The notes beneath the pieces are model-generated. The model saw nothing but the letters and a program-made list of their open reading frames with translations. It was not told the DNA's origin and ran no database searches. Below are positions 1-10,300 of a stretch of 20,000 nt of DNA, in pieces (within the stretch, counting starts at the first letter, position 1; the number at the start of each line of letters is the position of its first letter). This DNA comes from Euglena gracilis. Lineage: Eukaryota. Where the stretch lies: positions 10,984,670 through 11,004,669 of the forward strand of contig CP154954.1 in the NCBI GenBank assembly GCA_039621445.1. Reading direction: 5' to 3'. The translations under genes and the position numbers were made by a program.

Positions 1-3
1 TAG

Positions 4-1962
4 CGGGTTTCACACCGAAATTCGGCAGTATGCATTGCCGATGATGCGCCAAATGTTCCAGAGTCGCGTTTTCATAACCCGGCTCTGGGTGCACATGCAC
101 CACCACCACCCGTGTCCCGAGTGTCACAATCCGCGATTCCGCGAATTGTGCCACCATTGGCCTTGTCCACAACCCAAACCCAGTTTTCGGATGAATCTCC
201 CATTACGGGAACCGAATTCGCGGAAAACATGGCGATTCTGCCAAGTCTCCACCAAGAAATCCATCATTCCATGCTTGTGCGTGGAATGAGCCAAACCCGT
301 ACACCGGGAGTGGGTCACATGTTGCATGCGCGACATACCCCCACACCGGAGAGTCTCCCTATTACGGGTGACCAACAGGGTTTGCGACCGGATTTCCGGT
401 ACCAGGATTCACCTTCACCAGAAATTTCGCGATTCCGACAAGAATCCGGAAAGGATACGCTTGGTGCTCGAGCGTACCCAGGCCCGAATCCACGGAATAC
501 CACCGAGGGCCAACGGGTTTTTCAGAAAGACTTCAAGGGCACCATCGCAATCGCGAACAAGGTGAAACCCCAGTGGGATGGTGATCCAACCACATGGAGA
601 CAGTTTTTCCGGGACTAGGAGTACTACTGGGCATTGAAAGGGACAACCCAGGACACAAACCCGGAGGTGATCAAGATGGAATTCATCGATTGCCTCCCTA
701 GGGATGAAAAGGAGCGCGCGCGACAACTCGTCATTCGCTACCGCGTTTCCTTTGATGACCTGGTGGAGCAATATGCTTCCACCAGTTCAAGTTTGGTCGC
801 TAGGATTACCCTGGAGACCAAGTGGCGGCAATGCGCCCCACCCGATCGCAAGTGGAAGTCCATTGACCTTTGGTATGCCAAATGGTTAGGACTTGCCGCT
901 GAAGTGGATGAACTCAGTGAAAAGCAAATGCGCGAACAGTTCGACGCTGTTCTCATGCATTTCACGCCTAGCCTCATCAAGGATATCCATCGTGAGGAGT
1001 TGGCGGGTAATGCAATGACTCTTGACCAACGCTGGAACTACGTTTCCAAGCAATTGAAGCTATCACAGCTTCTTGGTCAGATTCAATCCGCGTATACCGC
1101 ACACCCAACCGCTGGATTACCGGCTGGTTCGGTGAACGCAGTGCAAAAATCACCGGTTCCACCCGCTTCACCCACCACGGGATCGAAAACGCGATAGCCG
1201 CGTTCTTCGGACCAAGCCACGGATAAAGTGTGCTTTTTGTGCAACAAATCGGGACATATGTCTCGGGAATGTCCTAATCCTGAAGCGCGAAAGCGTATTC
1301 AGAGTCCGCGAGGCTCGACCTCATCACGAGGTTCGGGTTCCTCCGCGTTTTCACGCCAATCGGGCAATTCACGGTCATCGGGTCCCCGTTCCGGTGGTAT
1401 TAGCCCCCGGATCCCGTTCCGCGATGAGCGGAAACACGGTACCCCTCGGGGTAGGTCACCCGATGCCCCGGCCAAGACGCGTGATTCTCATCGCGAGACA
1501 TCGCGATCGCGTTCGCGAAGCGGATCATCTTCTTCGCGATCCTCATCGGGAAAACCCCGATACACCGGTCATGGTCGACGGGACACCCGGTCACCACGAC
1601 GGTCTGACGGGAAATCGGGAAACCGATCCCCCCGTTACCAAGAATCGCGACCCAAATCTCGGTGTTCGCTTTGTGGATCGAGTGATCACCACTCATCCAA
1701 ATGTCCGCGTTCTCGTTCTCCCCGCCCTGGCCAACGTCATCGCGGTATGAATCGCGGTGACAAGGGTCACTCCTCCAACCGCCATAAAGTCGGTTTCAAG
1801 ATATCTTGTTTGGAGGATGACACCCCGGCTTCGGGCAGGGAGGGGGATGAGACCACGGATACCGATTTCGACGAGGCCCGCATGGCGGTGCGCACGTTGA
1901 AATCCGTTTATACCTCTAAAAGGCCCATAGCCGGCTATTCGGCCGGTTCGGACCTGGAGTAG
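4..1962 (+). pseudogene. gag: Gag with two CCHC zinc knuckles, interrupted by in-frame stops; true start probably upstream of the window
   Basis: ORFs 112-618, 634-1197 and 1228-1962 share frame +1, which is open from base 4 and broken only by TAG at 616 and 1195. Gag-like WDGDPTTWRQFFRD*EYYW. CX2CX4HX4C knuckles CFLCNKSGHMSREC (1231-1272) and CSLCGSSDHHSSKC (1663-1704). Confidence 0.85.
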
Positions 1963-2045
1963 GGGAGCCCGAGGTCCGAGGGCACGGACCTCTGGGCTGA
2001 TGAACAGATGGAGGTAGGACCTGATCAACCCTGCCCCCCCTGCCC
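1960..2045 (+). promoter_or_regulatory. Candidate gag-pol stop-codon readthrough signal (UAG plus stem-loop/pseudoknot)
   Basis: TAG 1960-1962, GGG spacer, then AGCCC-GAGGTCCG (1966-1978) pairing with CGGACCTC-T-GGGCT (1985-1998). Loop GGGCA is complementary to TGCCC at 2032-2036 or 2041-2045. pol continues in the same frame. Confidence 0.6.
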
Positions 2046-2199
2046 ATCTGCCTTTCTGGTCGGTACCCGGAAAATTTTCGGGTCCCCCACCCCCCACTCC
2101 AACTTTCCGCTCGGAATGTTGTGCAAAGTAGGAAAGGGTTCATGGGAAAGCTGGCAAGAAAATGTATTTTCGCCAGGCCCTTCACTTTGCTTACCCCCC

Positions 2200-2559
2200 A
2201 TGGAACTTTTGGTCCAAGCGGAAATCAAAATACAAAATTTTTGTGCAAAAGTCAAAATTCTCATTGACACTGGTTGTCGCATTGCACTACTTTTTCGGTT
2301 TGGGTTGATACCAACCCCCCTCTTGGTGAAAGCCAAGAAGCCGATCAAAATTACGACGGCTGACAACACCCCTATGTGCGGTGGTGACTTGGGATGCTTT
2401 TTGGACATTGTCCTACCCCTCATCCCCAAGCACCACTCACACCCCCCCCAACCGCAAAATTTTCCGGATACCTGGGGATATGAATCCGGAATCCATGGTT
2501 CTGACGTAATTCTGGGATACCCCTTTTTACGTCAGCACCGGCTGGTAGTGGATTGCCAC
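2200..2559 (+). other. Retropepsin aspartic protease domain
   Basis: ILIDTGC (DTG at 2266-2274), flap-like ITTADN, and C-terminal DVILGYPFL (2503-2529). Confidence 0.9.
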
Positions 2560-3408
2560 TCCCACGGTTTGCGCACATCACCATTCTCCTCATTGCCCCC
2601 CAAACCCTCATCACCTGTGGCGTCAACCGCGATAGCCACCAATTTTTCCACACCGTTTTCGAAAACTTTCACCCCGTTACCAACCACACCAACCAACGTT
2701 TTCCACACCGGGTGTACCGAGAAAGTTCACCCCCTGCCCATTGACACACCAACGTCCGTTCCCCATGAGGCAGGGCAAGCGAGTAGCGGTACCCCCCTCG
2801 TTCCACTGGGTTACAAGACGAAAGCTCAAAGGCCTGAAGTTATAACGGTGTCGAGTAGTCGCCCAGCTGCACTAATACCCCGTTTTCCACCAGATGTATC
2901 GCTTTCAGATACATCTGTATACCCCCCAGCAGCTTCAAAAGCGCATCCCAACTTTTACACACACCCCCACCAGACCAACATGCGCGACCAGGACCACTAC
3001 TCCGACACTACCTTCCAATGTGTGCACTGAAGGAGAATTTCCGCCCAGCCAGATTTCGATTGTGGATGTCTAGTCCAAACACCAACACTAATCCCGATTT
3101 CGCGTAACCATACACTTGGTTGCGGATCGCAATGCGCGACCGTACATCAAGTGCTCCAACAACGAGGTATTGCCTTGTTGTTTGGGACCGCGAAATCCGT
3201 GTCACACACCTCCCCCACCTCCATCTGGCATGATATGGACTGGGTATGTACCCATCCAACCCATCAACCCTTGGGAATGCCCCTTGGGAGTGTGGATGAC
3301 ACACCCTTGACCTATGTTTGCGGATCCCTGAATTGCGTTACCGCTCTTCAACCCGCGAACCAGGTCGACACCTACGCGATGCGCGTATGGAACGCATTTA
3401 ATTTTGGT

Positions 3409-3813
3409 CAATACCGTATTTTGGAGGAATGGTTCTCCAAAATCGCGGCTTTGGCTGATTCCTTCGATTTGCCGTTGGAAATTGATGCGTTCTCATCAAA
3501 AGCGCATGCGCGCTTGTCGCGATATTGGTCGCGACATACCAACGCATTCCGTAAAATTTGGGGTGATACGGTGCTATGGATGCACCCTCCCCCAAAACTT
3601 ATTTCGGATGTGGTGGAGAAAATCCTCCGCGATGAAGCGCGAGGAGCTCTCTTCATACTGGTCAATCCGAATGCGGATTGGTTTCACCAACTATCCTATG
3701 TGTGTTTTCATTGGTGGGATTTACCCGCTGATGTACCACTATTTGAGGATTTTTGTGGTATATTATTACCACCTGTCAAAGAAATCATTTTTCGCGTTTG
3801 TTTCTTCGACGCA
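3409..3813 (+). other. DIRS/phage Dam-like N6-adenine DNA methyltransferase domain within Pol
   Basis: IDAFSSKAHARLSRYWS...NAFRKIW...LWMHPPPKLISDVVEKILRDEARGALFILVNPNADWFHQL follows the pattern I recognise from DIRS MT domains (IDLFAS..N.....F.S...DAF...W.....x-P-P..LI..V+.K+..E....IL+.P.W....WF..L). Motif IV equivalent HPPP at 3583-3594. Confidence 0.8.
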
Positions 3814-4014
3814 TTCGGAATATCCGATTTGCGTGTGCCAAGATACCTTGGTACGGATGGGGATGCCACACCCTCAACGCAGATTTCTGCGGTCATTGAG
3901 AGTGCGGACCAACATCCCAAGTCTTCTGATTATTGTTCGCGAATTGCTCGCGAATTCCATGGTGTACTGGATAACCCAGTTTACGCCTGCGACATCGACC
4001 CCGCGATTCGCGGT

Positions 4015-4970
4015 CCGTTCGGTGTTTGCAAAATCGAGCTCAAGGATGGCGCTAAACCTATGCACCGGAAATTCTTCCGTTGCTCGGGTGAATGCGAACA
4101 GGCTCTCAACGAGATGATTGAGAAGCTCATCCAGCGGAAGTGGATTATCCCTTCCAAGAGCGAGTGGACATCACAAGCTTTTGTGGTGCCCAAACCCGCT
4201 GACCAGTCTGGTCAGAAGAAGTGGAGACTGGTGCTGGATTACCGGTACCTGAACTCCCAAACAAAGGATGACCCCTTCCCGTTACCGCTGATCGAGGATT
4301 TGATCACAAAACAATCGGATAACCGGTTGTGGTCAATCTTTGATCTGGAAGACGGTTTCCATCAGATGCATTTGCATCCTGATTCGCAACCGTACACGGC
4401 ATTCGTGACATCCAAGGGTGTGTACCAATGGACGGTACTCCCCATGGGTGTTAAGAATGGCCCAGCCATGTTTCAACGCATGATCCAGTGGGTTTTGCGC
4501 GATTTACCGTTTGCTATGGTGTACATCGATGATGTACTGGTGGGAACCCAACCGCCATCCGCGAAATCGGGCGAGGATATCCTCGACCCGCATTATCGCG
4601 ATGTGCGCGCGGTATTATCCGCGTTCTAAAAGCATGTGCTTTTTGTGAAGGGTTCCAAAATGCACCTGTTTCGCAAAATTATTAAGTTTTGCGGACACAT
4701 CCTGAGCAACGGGCAGCGTAAAGCCGCACGCAGTAAGATGGAGGCCATTAAGAAATGGACTCCTGAGGTCATTAAGACCTTAACGCATTTAAAGGGATTT
4801 TTGGGATTAGCCCAGTACTACGCGATTTACATGAAAGATTTCGCGAAAATCGCGGTACCCCTAACCCGACAACTCAAAAATCGGACACCCGATAACGCAA
4901 AAGTCATTTGGGATGACCAAATGCGCGAGGCCTTGAATAAAATCAAGGACTTGCTCCTCGAGAACGTGGT
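4015..4970 (+). other. Ty3/Gypsy reverse transcriptase domain (with thumb/connection)
   Basis: WRLVLDYRYLN, FPLPLIEDL, FDLEDGFHQM, TAFVT, LPMGVKNGPAMFQR, YIDD (4522-4533), KFCGHIL, LKGFLGLAQYY. One in-frame TAA at 4627. Confidence 0.97.
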
Positions 4971-4998
4971 TCTCGATATCGCGGATCCATACAAACCG

Positions 4999-5465
4999 TA
5001 TGTCCTGGAGGTCGACAGCAGCGATTACGCTGTTGGCGGGGTTCTTAGCCAGCATAATGCGGCGAATGAACTCCGACCTGTGGCTTTCTTTAGCAGGAAG
5101 CTACAGGGCGACAACGGGAAGCGTTCACGGATTATCAGCTCTGCTGCAGAAAGCAGTCCGCAATTCCGCGCCCGAGTAGCTGCGCAAGGGAGGCCGACAA
5201 GGGATAGGACAGGGTTAAATGGGCATTCGCGAAAAGGAGAACTATGCCATTGTTGTTAATTCTCAGAAAGAAAGTCGCAGGGATAGCCAGCCAGCCTGGC
5301 CAGATACTGCGTGGTGGCGGATCCCATGGAGCCTTCACACTGGTTCCCGAGGACCTGAACAAGGCCATGTCATCAGTGGGCAGAAGATGCCGATAGCATG
5401 AGTTCTTGAGCCAGTTTAACCTGGTGGTAGTTTATACCCCAGGTCATACGCAAAAAGTTGCCCCC
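4999..5465 (+). other. RNase H domain, frame-disrupted
   Basis: LEVDSSDYAVGGVLSQ (D at 5014), RPVAFFSRKL, out-of-frame REKENYAIV and R*HEFLSQFNLVVVYTPG..QKVA. The usual ADALSR motif appears deleted at ~5462. Confidence 0.85.
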
Positions 5466-5701
5466 TGGTATTATCCTGGGAACCCGGATGAGGGTGATGC
5501 GACTTTTCATGGCAGCCATGAGGCTGACCAGTTCGCACGTCGATCCGACGCTGCGGACAACATGCTCGATTCACTACCGGTTTCCCGGGTGTATCGCAGC
5601 ATCGCCATTTCACCATTGCGTGGAAGGCGCCGGCGTGGACGCACTGCCGGACCCCGTCGCATTACGCGTACGGAAACTCCTACCCCCCTATTTTTCCGCG
5701 A

Positions 5702-6961
5702 ATGGGTTATTCGCGTGACCCTATATATAGTACCATTGTGAATAGACGTAGTAATGGTGAATCCATAGAGAGTTACTCTCTATCACCATTGCGGCTTATT
5801 TTCCGGAATGATTCTGGTTATAAATATTGTATACCCCAAGACCTGGTTGATGATGTGATTTTGAGCTATCACAACCATGGTCACCCTGGGGCCCCCAAAC
5901 TTCTTTCACTAGTGGGTCGCAGATATTGCACAACCCTGAGTGAAAAAGAATTATATTCGCGCTGTTTGCGAATTTCGCAACGGTGCCAAAATTGTCAGGC
6001 TGTAAAACCGCGCAGAGGTACCCCCCCTGGTACGATGGACTTTTTCCCCGTACCACCTGACATTTTTACGTCCCTCTGCATGGATTTTCTCGAACTTGAA
6101 CCTTGCAAAGGATCAGATGACAAAATTTACGATTACGTTTTTGTTGTCGTCTGTCGGCTGAGTGGGTACATAGTAGCCATTCCATGCCGGAAAGCAGGGT
6201 TGACAGCCCAAATTTTGGCATCCATATTCCTGGAGAAATGCATCTGCTTAATGGGTTTACCGAACGAAATCGTGAGTGATCAAGATCACTTGATCTCTTC
6301 GCGGTTTTTCACAACTTTGTGCGGTTTACTCGGCATTGAGCAGCATTTTTCCATTATATACCGCCCGAAAGGCAATGGTAGGGCCGAGGCAGCCGTGAAA
6401 TCCGTTGTCAATATGCTTCGCCTTTCACTGGCTGACTCGGGTAAGAATTGGTTATCCGTTCTTCATTGTATTTTTTACATCAATACCTTGCCAGGGTTGG
6501 TATTACCACACTCACCGTACAAAATTGTTTTCGGACGTGACCCTCCGGCCATAGGGGATATCCCCTCGGAGAGACCCGCCCGAAGTAGCGTCAGCTGTGA
6601 AACGTGGTTTGCAGAAGTGGAATCACTCCGCTCTGCAGTCCAATCACGTATCACAGAAATTCATTCCAACAAACGGAAATCGTTTTTGCAGAACTTCAAC
6701 ACACCTGTGTATAGTCCAGGTGACCGCGTGTGGGTACGGAATAACCGCACCCGCATGCAATCTTCCAAGCTAGATCCTCTTTGGCTCGGCCCATGCGAAA
6801 TTTTGGAGAGGTTAGGTAGTAGCGGGCGATATAAAGTTGCCTTGCCCAACGGGATTGAGGACGTCCATATGGACGACTTCAAACCGTACCTAAGCCCCCC
6901 AGACGGAAAAGCTATCCCCTGCCTATATTTCAAGCCCCGTTCCAGATTACCTGAAACGGAC
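5702..6961 (+). other. DDE integrase with HHCC zinc motif and GPY/F-like module
   Basis: HNHGHPG...[36 protein letters not shown]. Confidence 0.95.
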
Positions 6962-7110
6962 GACTTTGTGGTCGATAAGATAATAGACCACAAGGTCGAC
7001 AGGGGTGTGCACTACTGGAAAGTTCGCTGGAAAGGGTATGGGCCAGAGGAGGACACTTGGGAGCCAGCATCCAGTTTTGTTGGATATGTCCAACAGGATT
7101 GGAAGCTGTG
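6962..7110 (+). other. C-terminal chromodomain of integrase
   Basis: [10 protein letters not shown]...[18 protein letters not shown], with all three aromatic-cage positions (F, W, Y) present. Confidence 0.95.
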
Positions 7111-7207
7111 GAACAAGCGCAATAACATAGACATAAACATAAACACTTTCTGAAACGATTTCGTTTTGGAGAATGCGTGTGTTTTATGTGAATGTTTCGC
7201 GTTTATA

Positions 7208-7281
7208 CCCCCCCCTGCACTTCATTATTTCTCTATCTTTCTCGCAGAGTTTTGATTAAGATAGAAGCCTTGCTTTTTCAG
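7208..7281 (+). promoter_or_regulatory. Candidate 3' splice acceptor(s) for the downstream ORF
   Basis: Long pyrimidine tract ending ...tttctctatctttctcgcAG (AG 7246-7247) and a second, ccttgctttttcAG (7280-7281). The first ATG downstream of either is 7349. Confidence 0.55.
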
Positions 7282-7348
7282 TGCTCTCGCACTCAAAGCG
7301 ACTGACAACAAGGTTACCCTTAGTTGTCGTCGTCGTTCGGGTAGCATC

Positions 7349-10300
7349 ATGCTGCCTGGGCGCGGACCTGGACCAGGTCCACCATGGCCGCAGCCTTCTG
7401 GCGCGCCATACCCCCAGTACCCTCAGTATGCTGAGGCCCCGATTCCGGGTGCCCCACATGCTGAGAGGGTTTCAGCCCCGGTATTCGCCGCGGCTACCAG
7501 CAGCCGGTCCGCATATGCGGTACCAGATCCATCTGCCGTCCAGCAGCCGGCACCTCAGCCACCAGCGCAGCGCAGATCGCGCCTGCCCCCGTATGCGGGA
7601 GAGATGATCTTCCGCACTACGGAGACGTTGGAGCGGGCGATGCGTATGTGCGCACACCCCCCAACGGAGCCCTTTATGCAAGCCCTTTGGGATGCATACT
7701 GTGCTCAGTTGTTGGTGGTAGCCAACACCCCTGTGGCTCAGTGGTGTCCCTGCGGTCAAGCCCTGATGACAGGGAGACGGTATTTCTCGTCGGCATCCGA
7801 TTCCGGATTCGAGCCGGGTGAGACTATGATGGACCTGGGCGTGTATGTGCCGCCCATGCTGCAAACGCAGACGCCGGTGGGATCCCACACCGTGCATATG
7901 CGTGAGCACACGCCCCCACCGGTAGGTGAGGCTGTGCATGTCCCACCTGGGATGACGAGAAGTTTTGCTCGCCCGCCCTCGCCGCAGCGAATGCCGCCGC
8001 GCGAGCCGCCAGCGGAGCAATTTGTCTCGCGGTACGCGACGCACGCGGATTCCCCGCGCGGCGCACGCGTGCTCCCAGCCGGACAGTCGGACGTGCCCTC
8101 GGAGGCATACGTCCAACACATGTTCATGCACTGGATGCCACAGGCATCACCGGTCGTCCCTGTCCCGGGCGTTGAGCCACGGCGGCAAGTGGAGCCCATA
8201 GTGGTGGAGGATGAACCTCCCCGCCATGCTGCAACTCGACCGCCCAGTGCACCTCCTGTCCAACCCGGGGATGTCCCGCGTCGGCAGGACGCTCCCTACT
8301 ACCACATGGCACCTCCGGGAACCGAGCAGGATGAGCTTGCTCGGCATTTCCTGCAGGAGCCAGTATTCACGTCTGAAGAGCATCAGGCGAGGTATTACTC
8401 CTCGCTGGCCGCCCTTCAGGGCCGTGGATACACCCCGTACCATCCGTACCAACCGCAGCTGCGGGTGGCGACCCCGGTATTACCCGGTGAGCCCCCGGCA
8501 GGAGCGGCAGGATTACCTGCCACCCTGAAGCGCGATAGGGTTACGGAGAACCTTACCCCACAGCCCAGGCGACCCAGCCCACGGGACGCGGAAGGCGGTG
8601 TGGCAATGCAGGTGGAAGCCAGCCCGGATACCCCGGCTGGGCAACCACCGGCAGTGGCACAGGCAGCGATGAGCCGTCCTGTTGCCGCAATGCCACCGCC
8701 GATCCCTCCGGTATGGAAGGAGCCGCGACCCCCTACGCCGACATCAAGCCCACGCCAGGCTCCTAGCCAGCGCGCAGCCACGCCGTCACCGCGACGTGCA
8801 GCGGAACGGCAAGGTCCCTCCCCAGAGATGGAATGGGAAGGTACCGAACCGCCTCCTGCCGCACCGAGCGCCCGACCCTCTGGTATTCGCCAGACAGGGA
8901 AGGATAAAGGTAAGGCTGAGGGCAAAGTCAAGGGAGAAGGCAAAGGCGTGGCCGGCAAAGGTAAGGCTGAGGGCAAGGGTAAAGGTACAGCCCGTGAGGA
9001 GGAGGAAGAACCAGCAGAAGTCCTCTCGGACTTTGAGCAAATGCTCAGATTCAAGGAGGAGCTGGAGGACGAAGGCTGGCGAATGCAGCATGATTACCAT
9101 GTTGCAGGAAACCGCCCCGTCACCCCTCCGGAAGCAGTCATCGAGGTGGTATTACACCACACCGAGAACAGAGTCAGACAATTCCATTACGGAATTGACC
9201 TGTACGCCTTCGAAGGTGAAGGTGGCAGACCCTTGCTGGATGCCCAGCCGGGTTTCTGGGAACTCTGGTTTTGGCTGGGATACCCCTGCCAGAACTGGGG
9301 TCTCTTCAGCGACTCCACTGGCCGCAGTTACCTGCACCAGTTAGGATTTCGGGACCAGCATGTGTTGGCCCGAAGGCTGAAGGCAATCTTCGACTGTATT
9401 CACACAGTCGGGCCCCTCGGTGTGCAGTGGAAATACTACCCACTGAACCCCGACATCGAACGCCTGATCGAGGTGTTGTGGTGCAACAACCTCCAGGTGT
9501 GGCTGGTGAGCCATTACGGCTCCACCTTCCGCGTTAAGCGCGTTTCCCTGGCTTACCCACAGAGGTATGACCTCTGTTGTAAGTATTGCCGGCAGGAGTT
9601 TCCTGTCGACTTCTGGTGATTCGGCGTACGCGGAAGTCCTCCACCGCCTCGGGATAACCCGGGACTGGAGATGGGACGCCGCATGCTTATGCATGTGTGC
9701 CGCGACGCCCCGGATGTCCAGGGCAAAAGTCGCCGCGTCCATAAGCAGCGTATTTTTATGCTGCAACAGTTCTGGTGGCGAGCCTGAACGACCTATGTCA
9801 TGGAGGTGTATATACATCTCCGTGACCCCCAGGACGATAGGCCTGGTATGGAAAGCTTGCCACCAGACTACGGCGACCCCGTTGAGGGACCTCGTCGTCG
9901 TCGCGTTATCGCCGACCTGCGCCCCAACTGGCACCTGGCCGGGATAGACCTGGAGGAACATTTGAGGCGACAGTTTGGCGGTACCCTCGACAGGAAGGTA
10001 TTCCTCCAGCTGATGAATCACCCGAAGGCCATCCTCGACCTGGGTATGCCGATTCTGGCATGCGTGCAGGAGTTCGAGGACGGGTTTTTCGAGGTCTGGG
10101 AGGACACGCGTTACCGCAGCTTCCTGGGCCCGAACAGGCCTGCCAACGCTTGGGTGCAGCCATCATGGCCACCACCCTGGCCCAACAGCGCCAGTAGCAG
10201 TACGCTGGTCTTTTACAGGCTGGCGGATGCCCAGGGATGCCGATGGCACCCCGACGACCCTCGTTCGCCGGAGGATCTGCGCGCCTTCATCGCCCCAGAG

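Larger units (their letters stand above)
1963..7153 (+). pseudogene. pol: Pol polyprotein (PR - methyltransferase - RT - RNase H - integrase - chromodomain), disrupted
   Basis: Frame +1 runs from 1963 to ~5120 with only TGA 3028 and TAA 4627. The stretch ~5120-5465 is indel-rich and includes TAG 5394 in GRRCR*HEFLSQF. A frame change occurs near 5705, then the frame is intact to TGA 7151-7153. Confidence 0.92.

Noticed and set aside
3409-7153. DIRS element or bacterial restriction-modification gene as the source of the MT signal
   Set aside because: The MT is in frame with a Ty3/Gypsy RT and followed by a DDE integrase and chromodomain. There is no tyrosine recombinase and no prokaryotic gene context.
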